Positions 1-12,800 of a stretch of 64,000 bases of DNA are shown here, piece by piece. Below the pieces are notes generated by a model. It saw nothing but the letters and a program-made list of their open reading frames with translations. It was not told the DNA's origin and did not search any database. Origin of the DNA: Macrostomum hystrix (taxonomy: Eukaryota; Animalia; Platyhelminthes); the NCBI GenBank assembly GCA_950097015.1, contig CATNEN010000039.1, positions 17,732,001 to 17,796,000 of the forward strand. The letters run 5' to 3'. Both the position numbers and the translations under genes were made by a program. How positions within the stretch are numbered: position 1 is the first letter of the stretch; every line of letters begins with the position of its first letter.

Positions 1-400
1 GGAATTCCCATTGGGATTACAACTGGATAATCCATTGTGATTAGAATTGGACAATCCATTGTGGTTAGAATTGGATAATCCATTGTGATTAGAATTGGAC
101 AATCCATTATGGTTAGAATTGGATAATCCATTGTGGTCAGAATTGGATAATCCATTGTGATTAGAATTGGATAATACATTGTGATTAGAATTGGATAATC
201 CATTGTGGTTAGAATTAGATAATCCATTGTGGTTAGAATTGGATAATCCATTGTGATTAGAATTGGATAATCCATTGGGATTACAATTGGAATTCCCATT
301 GTGATTACAACTGGATAATCCAATGTGGTTTGAATTGGATAATCCATTGTGATTAGAATTGGATATTCCATTCTAGTTAGGCCGGGATAATCCATTGTAG
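1..400. repeat. 24-bp minisatellite (CCATTGTGATTAGAATTGGATAAT)n, runs off the window start
   Basis: CCATT recurs at 32, 56, 80 and onward (24-bp period). Confidence 0.9.
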
Positions 401-901
401 TTATACTGAAGGTGGTCAGTCTGTAGAATGGTCATAATTATTGACTGCATTACGTTTTTCAAAACAAAAGATTTGCCAAATACAAAATAATTGACACGAA
501 ATTTGATTTTAGAAAGCTGTGCACGACGAATGTTTTTTAATTAACGTTAAAAATAGATCAGTCTTTTTAATACCCATTCGAATTTAACCGGTATATAGGA
601 AAAACAAATGACAGTTTCTCATGATGCAATCGGCAACAAAGATTCTATTTTGCATGCCTTAAAAATACGGTTTGCAAACATGTTTAAATATAAATCAGCT
701 CCATAATACATTTGGCTGGCATTACTCAGAACAATAAATCTGATGTCGCAAAGATGTGCCGTTCCCACGGTACAATTTCTAAGAAATTCAAAGCAACAAA
801 CAAAAAGAGTCTAGCCGTCTGTCCTGGTACGACTCTAGCCTTGATATTTGGTACGATTTTGGCTGCAGGTTTTGTTAATTGTCATTAGCTGCAGTTTTGC
901 A

Positions 902-1828
902 GGGGGATGAGACAGGGGAGAGATGACAGATGAGAGAGATGAGTCAGGGGAGAGATGAGACAGGGGAGAGATGAGACATGAGAGAGATGAGACAGGAGAG
1001 ATGAGACAGGGGAGAGATGAGACATGAGAGAGATGAGACGGGAGAGATGAGACATGGGAGAGATGAGACAGGGGATAAATGAGACAGGGGAGAGATGAGA
1101 CAGGGGATATATGAGACAGGGGAGAGATGAGACAGGGGAGAGATGAGACAGGGGATAAATGAGACAGGGGAGAGATGAGACTGGGGATAAATGAGACGGG
1201 GGAGAGATGAGACTGGGGATAAATGAGACAGGGGAGAGATGCATGAGACAGGGGAGAGATGCATGAGACATGGGAGAGATAAGACAGGGGATATATGAGA
1301 CAGGGGAGAGATGAGACAGGGGAGAGATGAGACTGGGGATAAATGAGACAGGGGAGAGATGCATGAGACAGGGGAGAGATGAGACATGGGAGAGATAAGA
1401 CAAGGGATAAATGAGACAGGGGAGAGATGAGACATGAGAGAGATGAGACGGGAGAGATGAGACAGGGGAGAGATGAGACAGGGAGAGATGAGACAGGGAG
1501 AGATAAGACAGGGGAGAGATGAGACAGGGAGAGATAAGACAGGGGAGAGATGAGACAGGGAGAGATAAGACAGGGGAGAGGTGAGACAGGGAGAGATAAG
1601 ACAGGGGAGAGGTGAGACAGGGGGGATGAGACAGGGGAGAGGTGAGACAGGGAGAGATAAGACAGGGGAGAGGTGAGACAGGGGGGATGAGACAGGGGAG
1701 AGATGAGACAGGGGAGAGATGAGACATGCGAGAGATGAGACGGGAGAGATGAGACAGGGGAGAGATGAGACAGGGAGAGATAAGACAGGGGAGAGATGAG
1801 ACAGGGGGGATGAGACTGGAGATGAGTC
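902..1828. repeat. ~16-bp purine-rich minisatellite (ATGAGACAGGGGAGAG)n
   Basis: Direct tandem repeat; same family as 11921-12703 and, inverted, 48508-48856. Overlapping ORFs are repeat artefacts. Confidence 0.9.
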
Positions 1829-2339
1829 AAGTAATATGTTGGTGCAAGAGATTTAGGAATTTAGCAGGCTAAAACAGGCTTGTGTGCCTGGAATTACTGG
1901 CCCATGTTTTAATTAATCAGGAAAAGTGACCATGCGCATGCATAATTGATTATCTTCAGAGATGAAAGCCAATATCGAATGTACTTTTGCAGGAGTACAT
2001 ACATTTGTAGTAAGCATAAAACGAGTAAGAATCAGCAAAGTTACGTCAGTAGGTTCTCATGATAACTCCACACCAATAGGTGTTATTATTTTCCAGACGC
2101 TAAACAAGGCATGCAATTTTCTTCATAAATTAGCTCGTATAACAAATTTCATCACACTTCCGCCACATATTCTCAACTGGAAGTGATTGCACAAAAAAGT
2201 AAATTGACGCCTCGCAAGCTATAGTTAGATAAGACTCAAGCTGATTCTGCATCCGGCCGGTTAGGAAAGGATAAATGCACGAAATAACCTTTGCTCAGAG
2301 GATTCTGCTCATGCTGCGATTTTGTGATTAATTTGGAGT

Positions 2340-3250
2340 CCTAGAACGATTCTAGCCGTAATTCTTGTTAAGACTCTAGCTGCGATTCTAGCCGTAATTC
2401 TTGGTACGATTCTAGCTGCGATTCTTAATACGATTCTAGCCGTAGTTCTTGTTAAGACTCTAGCTGCGATTCTAGCCGTAATTATTGGTACGATTCTAGC
2501 TGCTATTCTTAATACGATTCTAGCCGTAGTTCTTGTTAAGACTCTAGCTGCGATTCTAGCCGTAATTATTGGTACGATTCTAGCTGCTATTCTTAATACG
2601 ATTCTAGCGGTAATTCTTGGTATGATTCTAGCTGCGATTGTTAAATCGATTCTAGCCGTAATTCTTGTTAAGACTCTAGCTGCGATTCTAGCCGTAATTC
2701 TTGGTACGATTCTAGCTGCGATTCTTAAATCGATTCTAGCCGTAATTCTTGTTAAGACTCTAGCTGCGATTCTAGCCGTAATTCTTGTTAAGACTCTAGC
2801 TGCGATTCTAGCCGTAATTCTTGGTACGATTCTAGCTGCGATTCTTAATACGATTCTAGCCGTAATTCTTGGTACGATTCTAGCTGCGATTCTTAAATCG
2901 ATTCTAGCCGCCGTTCTTGGTGAGATTCAAGCCATCATTCTCTGTGCGAATCTGGCTGCCATTCTGGCCGAAATTGTTTGTGCGATTCGGACCGAAACTC
3001 TATGTGCTATGTGAAATTCTATCTGCTATTTTTGCTGCGATTCTTGCCTTCATTCTTTGTTCGAATCTGGCTGCAATTCGGACCGAAATTCTTTGAGCGA
3101 TTCCAGCTGCGATTCTTGGTACGATTCTAGCCGTAATCCTTAGTACGATTCTAGCTACGGCACTTGGTGTGATTCTAACTGTAAGTCCTGGTAAGATTAC
3201 AGCTGCACTTTTTGCTACGATCCTGGCCTCTGTAGTTTCTGTTACGATTC
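2340..3250. repeat. 24-bp (2x12) minisatellite ATTCTAGCCGTAATTCTTGGTACG, degenerating 3'
   Basis: Tandem units visible; related degenerate units also at about 810-870. Confidence 0.85.
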
Positions 3251-3772
3251 TAAAAATTATTAGTCAATAAATAAATTTGAAACATTTGAATCTCCACTGT
3301 CTTATATTGCTCGTACATTCTCAGAAAGTTTATATTGTTCCTGAAGCAAACACATTCTATACTGTACAAACAATTTTAGAGTCGCAAAAGATGAATAGCA
3401 ATACAGTAGCATTGTCCTAGAAGCGTTTAATAATTTAAACAAAGCTATTTTAGGAACAAACAACTGAAAAAATGCGACATGAAGCTAATTCAAAGCACTA
3501 TTGAAGCTGAAATCATGATTTTATTAAAAATGGTACGCAATAACTACTATCTATATCAGTAGGTAGTTAAGGACAGATACGCGAATATTTGAGTAATGCA
3601 TGAATTAGTTACATAAGGCACGTTTAAGAGAAAAACAATGGCAATTTTTTTCTCAATAATTGAACTGAGTTTCTAACGTAATTGCTTTCTTAGATTTTCG
3701 AAGATACGGGACCCCAATTGGAAGGACAATGGGATTGAGAAATCAATGAGAAGACTAGAAAGACACTCAATA

Positions 3773-4189
3773 CCCTGTAAAAAATTCGGCTGCTTCTTCG
3801 GCGGGTTTTTTGTGCAAAATAGGAGTGGAATCTACCAAAATCCCCCTATCTCGCAAGAGTTAAAGAAACCACCCAGGAAGCAGCCGATGTAACCGTAAAT
3901 TGTGCGGAAACCGCCGAAGAATCACCCGAACCAGTGGCCCATGGGACAACCAGAGAATTATTTACGGGCGATTCCTCGGCGGTTTCTGAGCATGGAATCC
4001 TCCGAACTGGAGGATTCTTTGGGTGATTATATTTCGCCACCAAGAAGCACCGAGAAAACGCCCAGTTGGTAGATTCTAAGCATGGAATCATCCGATTGGT
4101 ATGTTTCCAGCGTTCGGCTGTTTCTTTTTCTGGAAAAACCGCAGATTCCAACTGGAATCACCCAAAGAAACATCCCTATTTTTAGTGGG
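3773..4189 (+). mobile_element. 417-bp non-autonomous DNA transposon (MITE), CCC...GGG ends, 2-bp TSD (TA); CMC/EnSpm-like
   Basis: Near-identical inverted copy at 17310-17731; short imperfect TIRs CCCTGTAAAAAATT / ATTTTTAGTGGG; TA on both flanks. Confidence 0.8.
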
Positions 4190-4262
4190 TAGGCCGATGT
4201 TAACAATAAAAAAATTAACGAATTAATTTGCTATATATTCGAATGAGATATTCTAGCTTACA

Positions 4263-4328
4263 GGATGTAGCCAATCGGCAAGAGATTCGCATAGTTCACT
4301 AAAGGTCAGGAGTTCGAATCTCAGCCAC
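4263..4328 (+). mobile_element. tRNA-derived SINE head or tRNA pseudogene
   Basis: A-box-like TAGCCAATCGG and B-box GTTCGAATC; related inverted fragment at about 10855-10880; no clean cloverleaf. Confidence 0.5.
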
Positions 4329-4357
4329 AGGAAGACTATATTCCTTGGGCAAGAGGA

Positions 4358-4780
4358 AGGTAAGACTGAGCGGTTGACGCGATTGACCTACGCATCAAAG
4401 TTTTAATGAGCTCGATTCCGCGGCAAGGCCACACTCATTTGGGGCGCAGCCGTGTAGAGAAGGCCCTTCAAGGCCAACCTCCAAGGCGCAGTAAAGTGTA
4501 CACTGCCTGAAGATGAGCATGAGCTCATGAGTCAAGAGCATGTATGCTCAAGAGAGTGTGCTCAAGAGTATGTACTCAGGAGAGTATGATCAAGAGTGTG
4601 TCCTCGGGAGAGTGTGCTCAAGAGTGTGTCCTCGGGATTGTGTGCTCAGGAATGTGCTCAAAAGAGTGTGCTCAGGAGTGTACTTAAGAGTCGAAGCGGA
4701 ATGGGTGAAATTGCCTCTCGCTGGCTGCGGTTCTACAGTCACAAAGGACTGACCAGCCGTACACCTGTCTACTGCATTAT
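4358..4780 (+). mobile_element. tRNA-derived SINE family copy with an internal tandem expansion
   Basis: Shares GAGCTCGATTCCGCGGC...ATTTGGGGCGCAGC and CTCGCTGGCTGCGG with copies at 13093, 21660, 6670 and 53600. Confidence 0.7.
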
Positions 4781-4789
4781 AGTCTATTC

Positions 4790-7212
4790 TCACAGGTGTT
4801 TATCAGCGGCCTCACCACGCCAAGGTGCCTGCCAGCAGTTGGGCAGTATACTAGCGCAGCGCCATCGTACAGCGGCAATGCAGCTGATCAGGCAGGGCCA
4901 GATAAACCACAGCAGCAGAATTGGCAGGCAGTAGCTGTACAGACTGATGACAGTGGACTCGCGAGGCATTCTACACTTGGCAACAGAGTAGGCGGTGCCG
5001 GACACGGTAGCCAATAAGAAGCTGGGCGAGTTAATATTACGCCAAGAGAAGCTGGGCAGCGTGTATTCGGTCAGGTTTCTATGGCCATTAGCTAGGCTGA
5101 GGTGTCTAACGCAGGCCCAGTGGGTGTGGCCGACAAAGGCGAGCCTGGGCCGGATGGATTCGGCCAATGCGTCGGAGGCCTCTGCCGACAGGCAGTCCCA
5201 TCGAGGCCGCAGCCGAGTTCGCCTGGCAGATTCTGGCGCGGTGTCCTCGGCGTTGTTGACGCCAGAGGCAACGGATTCGCAGACTGTTTCATCGGGCCGC
5301 ACCAGCGGATAGTGAGTCAGGAGGATGGGTGCTGTGGCCGGAGGCAGCTGCCGCTGATTCGATTCGTCGCACGCGTCGCCAAGGCGAATGCCGAACGCGC
5401 AGCGCAACCTGTTGGACACGTCGGCCAGTTCGCGACGAGCCCGACGACAAAGGAAACAGTCGTCGCCTTCGAAGGCCACACTGTTGACTAGGACGAAGTT
5501 GACGCTGCCGATCTGGAGGGAAATGGGGACCTACTGGTCAAACTGCCAGACCCAATTTCTTTATAAATTATTCGTCCTTACTTCCTAGGTCCCTAAAAGC
5601 ACATAGATCCCATACTTCTCAGATCCCAATTCGTAATCCCCTGCTGTCTAGTTTCCGATATCTGATCCCATCCTTCCTAGTCCTAGTAGATCCCTAAATC
5701 TACTATGCTATACGTTTTACTTCCCTTGATTCCAAATCCCTAAACACATACTGTTGAAGTCCCCAAAGCCCTGATCCCACATTTCTAGAAGCCCTAGACA
5801 TGGTAATACTTTCTAGATTAATTAAACTCCCCAAATCCAAAATCTTATAATTAGACTTCTGGAATCCAAAATCTAGCTAGACCTCCAAATCCCTGATCCC
5901 ATACTTCGTATATCCCTAAATCTGATCTCATACTTCCCCCCTTACATTTCCAAATCTAGGGAATTGGGGATGCCCAAATCATATACTTCCCAGATCTCTT
6001 AATCCAAAGGACTTTCATTCTCGCAGATCCCAAAACAAGAAAACCCTTAGATTCCTAAATATCTCGCACAAAGTTTTAATTTCTAAGAAATAGACGAACA
6101 TAAAATATAATCAAGGGGGGCAGACAACAAGAACGCAATGACCACTAGGAGTAGAAGGACGGGAAACTACGTTTCTTAGAAAACACTTTAAAGGCAGGTT
6201 TTCTCGAAAAAAAATACACTACGGAGATAGGAAAATTTTTACTCCTTTACGCCCTTTTACTCCTAGTGATCCTTGCAAGAACATTAAAGAACTTTAATGA
6301 GAATGAGAGCCATTGTCAGCGAGTTCCCAATGCCAATGAGCTCACCGTAACGAGCTGCACAGCGGGCATTTGGAAGGCCTTCTCAAATCTGTCCACCTTG
6401 TTCTGCTTGACGTCGTAATGAAAGCCGATGTCGTGATTGCCGGCCACCACGAGGAGGCGGGTGGCGACGGGCACGCGAAACATTCGACGAAAGCGAGCAA
6501 CGTGATGCTGGAACTCATTTTCGTCGGCCCATTTGCCTTCGTCTAGCAAGTCGCCGAGAACGATAACCACCTGCGGGATGTCAGAAGGAAATGGATAAGT
6601 AAAAAAAAAATACGTGCCTTGGAGATTGGCCTTTAAGGGGCGTAAATTGCATGATTAATCCCTAATCCTTTTCTTCGCGGCTGCTCCGCAAATGAATGCG
6701 GCCTCGATGCGGAATCGAGCTCAGGGACCAATTGGTGCGAGAGGCGAACGCGTTAGACCGCTCTGCCAATCACTCACAAAATAAGGCTTTACCTGCGGCT
6801 GGTGCAGCGACAAGCTAGTCTGAAACGCCCGCTCCATCTGCCATTCTCGTCGCAGCCGGTCAAACCAGTGGCCGTTTCGCCAGCCAAGCAGGTGCGTGTC
6901 GGCCAGCAGCATGACCCTGATGCCATCTGATCGGCTAGTTGGAGCCAACGGCGACTCTCCCGGTAGTCCTGGCCAGGTGCAAGCGAGCAGTGCCGCATAA
7001 TAGATCAGGTATTCGCAGAATGCCACTAATCCTACTAATCCGGCTAGAAGGATAAGTAACCGGCGACGCCGGCGACCGCTAGGTCGCGACGGCGAAGGCG
7101 ACGAAGTTGACGACGTTGTCAGCGTTGACAAAGGATCGTCGTCAGCGACGAATCGCGGCAGAACTAGACGCCAAGTTGTGCAGCAGCAACGAGAGCAGAC
7201 AACGATTTTGTG
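4790..7212 (-). CDS. MPPE1: Metallophosphoesterase 1 (PGAP5/Cdc1-like GPI remodelling enzyme); exons 7212-6793, 6570-6346, 5512-4790; start exon not located
   Basis: Motifs LLADTHLLG, DRLRREWQMERAF, GDLLDEG, GNHDIGFH, GHTH, PSFSWRN; N- and C-terminal TM segments; GT-AG phase-0 introns. Confidence 0.92.
6670..6777 (-). mobile_element. Partial SINE copy in MPPE1 intron
   Basis: Reverse complement reads TGGCAGAGCGG...GAGCTCGATTCCGC, matching the copy at 13093. Confidence 0.6.
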
Positions 7213-7297
7213 CTGCAAAAATGCACCGAGATCATCAATTTCAAATTAGCACGATTGTACACTGCATAGGCCGTAGTAGACCACTCATAATTATCCT

Positions 7298-7850
7298 ACA
7301 CTACTCAAAGTCATCCAACAATACTCAAAGTCAGCCAAAACTACTCAAAGTCATCCAACACTTCTCAAAGTCATCCCACGCTACTCAAAGCCGTCCAACA
7401 CTACTCAAAGTCATCCAACACTACTCAAAGTCATCCAACACTACTCAAAGTCATCCAACACTACTCAAAGCCGTCCAACACTACTCAAAGCCGTCCAACA
7501 CTACTCAAAGTCATCCAACACTACTCAAAGTCATCCAACACTACTCAAAGTCATCCAACACTACTCAAAGTCATCCAACACTACTCAAAGTCATCCAACA
7601 CTTCTCAAATTCATCCCACGCTACTCAAATTTATCCCACGCTACTCAAAGTCATCCAACACTACTCAAAGCCATCCAACACTTCTCAAATTCATCCCACG
7701 CTACTCAAATTCATCCCACGCTACTCAAAGTCATCCAACACTACTCAAAGTCATCCAACACTACTCAAAGCCGTCCAACACTACTCAAAGCCATCCAACA
7801 CTACTCAAAGTCATCCAACACTACTCAAAGTCGTCCAACACTACTAAAAA
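7298..7850. repeat. 20-bp minisatellite (CTACTCAAAGTCATCCAACA)n
   Basis: Direct tandem repeat. Confidence 0.95.
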
Positions 7851-8801
7851 TCATTAGATACTACTTAGACTCCTCATAAAGTACTGAAAATCATCTAACA
7901 CTACGTTTTGAGTCATCCCACACAACCTAAAGTAATCGTTCACTATACAATCCCAATAAAATCGTACTTAAACTATTTTGACCTATCCAATCCTACTCAT
8001 GACACTGGAATCCAAATTTTGAAAACACAATTAGCAAAATAACTGAACCAGTTGACGCACAAATTAAGAATAACACAGATTGTATATTGTCGACTTCCTT
8101 CCGAAAAATAAAAAAACGACGCACAACACGTTAGCAAAAAAATTAAGCGACAAAAGCAATTTTGAAACTAATTAACATAAACATAGTAAGGAAATACATT
8201 TTGAGAATTGGTACCAAAATTGACTACTATAAGTAGGTTGATATAAAATTGAAGTGCAAAGAAAGTTAATTTTAAAGAGTTGAACTAGCAGTTACAAACA
8301 TTACAAACTAAAAAATATCAGTAGCAAAAATAGAAAACATTGCAATGCAATTCTGAATTCTTTTTTAAGAACTAAAAATGCACTTCTATGGGACTCGTGT
8401 CGGCTTTTTTAAGAAGCACCTTGACGAAAAGTACATTTTAGATTGTAGATCAGTTTTGGCGATAAATTGAAGGATTAAAAAAATAATTATTATTCGTGAA
8501 TGATAAAACGATGGGTCAATTGCGTTCAGAATCAGCATAGTATCATAGATATTACTAATACGTTTGACTACGTTTGGAAGCTGTAAAACTAAAAATAATA
8601 TTTAATCTGTTTTTTGTTATTGTCACTTTTTGTTAAGCTGCTTTTCGAATTCTTCAGGCGCGCAAACCATAGGCTGTGAGTAGTAAGTTAAGTATAAAAT
8701 ACACGTTTTTACAAAAAAACTTTTTGAAACTAAAACAAAATAGAAAACTAGTAAGCAAATTTTAATTTAAAAGGCTAGTAATAATAACAATGACATTTTA
8801 A

Positions 8802-9666
8802 TGACACAGACAGCAAGAACAGAAGTGACAGACAGAAAGAACAGAAGTGACAGACAGCAAGAACAGAATTGACAGACAGCAAGAACAGAAGTGACAGACA
8901 GCAAGAACAGAAGTGACAGACAGCAAGAACAGAAGTGACAGACAGCAAGAACAGAAGTGACAGACAGCAAGAACAGAAGTGACAGACAGCAAGAACAGAA
9001 GTGACAGACAGAAAGAACAGAAGTGACAGACAGCAAGAACAGAATTGACAGACAGCAAGAACAGAAGTGACAGACAGCAAGAACAGAAGTGACAGACAGC
9101 AAGAACAGAAGTGACAGACAGCAAGAACAGAAGTGACAGACAGCAAGAACAGAAGTGACAGACAGCAAGAACAGAAGTGACAGACAGAAAGAACAGAAGT
9201 GACAGACAGCAAGAACAGAATTGACAGACAGCAAGAACAGAAGTGACAGACAGAAAGAACAGAAGTGACAGACAGCAAGAACAGAATTGACAGACAGCAA
9301 GAACAGAATTGACAGACAGCAAGAACAGAAGTGACAGACAGCAAGAACAGAAGTGACAGACAGCAAGAACAGAATTGACAGACAGCAAGAACAGAATTGA
9401 CAGACAGCAAGAACAGAAGTGACAGACAGCAAGAACAGAATTGACAGACAGCAAGAACAGAATTGACAGACAGCAAGAACAGAAGTGACAGACAGCAAGA
9501 ACAGAATTGACAGACAGCAAGAACAGAATTGACAGACAGCAAGAACAGAAGTGACAGACAGCAAGAACAGAAGTGACAGACAGCAAGAACAGAAGTGACA
9601 GACAGCAAGAACAGAAGTGACAGACAGCAAGAACAGAAGTGACAGACAGCAAGAACAGAAATTGAT
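8802..9666. repeat. 22-bp minisatellite (GACAGACAGCAAGAACAGAAGT)n
   Basis: About 39 near-identical units. Confidence 0.95.
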
Positions 9667-9841
9667 AAGCAAAAAACGGAATTTTCGCAGGAAATAAGAA
9701 AATTTAGGCTTTCGTCACATTTTATAACTAGAAGTGCAACAGTCGCCCAAAACTGAACTGATTATTTGTCTGTATAAATAGCTGTAAAAATACGACAGTC
9801 AGGTAGCTAGTTAGGTTAAATTAATCAGCATCACCTGGGCC

Positions 9842-12800
9842 TCAAACGGCCACATTCTCCATGACGTTCAGGGCGGCGCGCTGTGGCCGCCAGACCCTCT
9901 CCGGAGTGCGAGCCGGCATGCCAGATTTGTCCATGTCGGCGAAGTAGGCGTGCTCCAGGGCTTCGCGGGCGTTGCAACGATCCGAAGGCTCGTAGATGAG
10001 CAGCTTCTGCAATGCGGGGATGTGAAAGAGGTCACGAGTTCGAACTCTGGTTATAACTGTCGAATTGGATCCGTATAAAAACGGGACAGTCATGTGTCCT
10101 TCGACCAACTCTGTCACACTGGGAGTCTGGGGCCATGGCGTGACCTTCCAATGTTACCGTCAACCTTAAAGATGGCTTAATCTTCTAATGCTACGGTCAA
10201 CTGTCTTCCAAAGACGACATGACCTCCAAACGTTACGATGACCTACAAAAAACGGCGTGACCTTCTGATGTTACGGTCAACCTTAAAGATGGCGTGACCT
10301 TCCACTGTTTGGTCAACTTTGAAGATGGCATGACCTTCTAATGTTACCGTCAACACACAACTGTGAAGATTGCGTGACATTTTACCGGCAACAGTGAAGA
10401 TGGCATGACCTTCTAATGTTACCGTCAACGGTGAAGATGGCATGACCTTCTAATGTTACCGTCAACTATGAAGATAGCGTGACCTTTTAATGTTACCGTC
10501 AACTGTGAAGATGGCATGACCTTCTAATCTTACAGTCAACACTAAACTGTGAAGATGGCGTGACCTTCTAATGTTACGGTCAACAGTAAAGAGGGCGTGA
10601 CCATCTTATGTTACGGTCAACTGTGAAGATGGCGTGACCTTCCAATGTTACGGTAAAAAATAAACTATGAAGATGGCATGACCTTCCAATGTTACGGCCA
10701 ACTGCTCCAATGGCGTGACCTAATGTGACAGTCAGCAGAAAAGATGACGAGACCTTCTAATGTATGCCTCATGTTGGTAGTTATTTATCCAGCATTTAGA
10801 ACAGAAGCAGCAGGCAATTAGGTAGCTTAGATCAAAGGCGGAAACTGTTAAAATTTGGCTAAGATTCGAACTCCTGACCCATGTAAGCCATTACCGATAA
10901 AATAAAACTTCCCTACGTCCATGAATAATAATTAATAAGTGTTCCGAACCTGCAGCAGATCCATTCCGGAGTCGTTTAGCCGGCCCTCGATTGCGCTAGA
11001 TAGTCGCAGGCCTTGCCAGGTTGGAAACATCTGCTTATACTCCGGCATCGAGGTGACACCCGGCCAGGTCTCTTCAGTCGGGGTGCCCAGAATGCGGAAG
11101 ATGCGAAACAGCTGATCAATCTCCGAGTCGCCGTGGAATAGCGGCTTCAGCATGGCGATTTCGGCGAATATGCAACCCATGCTCCACATGTCAACGGGAC
11201 AGGCGTATCGAGGACAGCCCAGCAGGATTTCCGGGGCGCGGTACCACAGGGTCACCACCTGGTGGCGATGGTTGCGGAGTACAGTTGTTGGGTCATTTTC
11301 TGACACATTTGATAGAATCTCAAGCAGTGGCCTTGACATTAGAACTACCTAGAACTAACTACCTAGCTCTTCAGACCGTCGAGATATTCAATGGTTCTGG
11401 CCGAAGGTCGGATTTTTCCCATAAGCGCCAGTGTATTTCATACACCCCTATACACGAATTCGCACTGAGCCTCAGTGCGGCCTTGCCAGGCCTTCAAAAT
11501 TTATCACCCGAATGTGCCTGCATCATCTCCGACTTCGGTGGTCACCTACCTTTATCTAGACGGACTGCTGGACCTACAAGGGTTACAACAGGTGGAACTA
11601 GGCCACTATGGACACTCTGACGCGAATTTCTCAAATTTTATTGATCAAGCCAAAAAATTAGGCGCAGCTCAACCACAGGACACCCTCGCGTAGCCTCCTT
11701 ATGGAGTTCATAAGGACGGGCGGCAAAATGACTTGGTACTCCAAGTGTAATTGTCAGTTCGTTACATACCTCGTGAGTGAGAACCCGCACAGGGACGCCA
11801 AACGCTCTAGCCAGACCGAAATCTGCCAGTTTGATGACTCCGCGCTCGTCCAGCAGAATGTTCTGCGGCTTCAGATCGCGGTGGACGACCCGGCGAATGT
11901 GGCAGAACAGCAGGCCCTGCAGATTAGGCAGCAGGAGAGATTAGACAAGGGAGAGATAAGACACGGAAGAGATGAGACACTGGAAAAAAGAGACACGGAA
12001 GAGAAGGGACACTCGAGAGATGAGACACGGAAAAGATGAGACACGGGGGAGATGAGGCACGGAAGAGATGAGACACGGAAGAGATGAGACACGGAAGAGA
12101 AGGGACACTCGAGAGATGAGACACGGAAAAGATGAGACACGGGGGAGATGAGGCACGGAAGAGATGAGACACGGAAGAGATGAGACACGGGAGAGATGGG
12201 ACACGGGAGAGATGAGACACGGGAGAGATGAGACACGGAAGAGATGAGACACGGGAGAGATGGGACACGGGAGAGATGAGACACTGGAGAGATGAGACAC
12301 GGGAGAGATGAGACACGGAAGAGATGAGACACGGAAGAGAAGGGACACTCGAGAGATGAGACACGGGGAGATGAGACACGGAAGAGATGAGACACGGAAG
12401 AGATGAGACACGGGAGAGATGGGACACGGGAGAGATGAGACACGGGAGAGATGAGACACGGAAGAGATGAGACACGGAAGAGATGAGACACGGGAGAGAT
12501 GAGACACGGAATAGATGGGACACTTAAGAGATGAGACACGGGAGAGATGAGACACGGGAGAGATGAGACAAGGTCACACGGAAGAGATGAGACACGGGAG
12601 AGATGGGACAAGGGAGAGATGGGACAAGGGAGAGATGAGACACGGAAGAGATTAGACACGGAAGAGATTAGACACGGAAAAGATTAGACACGGGAGAGAT
12701 GAGAGCAGGCCCTGCTTTTCAAGGGGCCAAAGGTCGGACATACGGTTGACTCACCTGCAGCAGCTGGTACATGAAGCTGCGAATCTTTTCACTGTCCAGA

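Noticed and set aside
4263-4328. Functional tRNA gene
   Set aside because: A and B boxes are present but acceptor and anticodon stems do not pair; better read as a SINE head.
835-9672. Cys/Ser/Leu-rich ORFs over the 16-, 20-, 22- and 24-bp arrays
   Set aside because: Minisatellite translations with no coding support.
11640-11700. Minus-strand TRGCP...IFW resembling a non-LTR reverse transcriptase motif
   Set aside because: Too short and degenerate; no YADD or other RT motifs seen.
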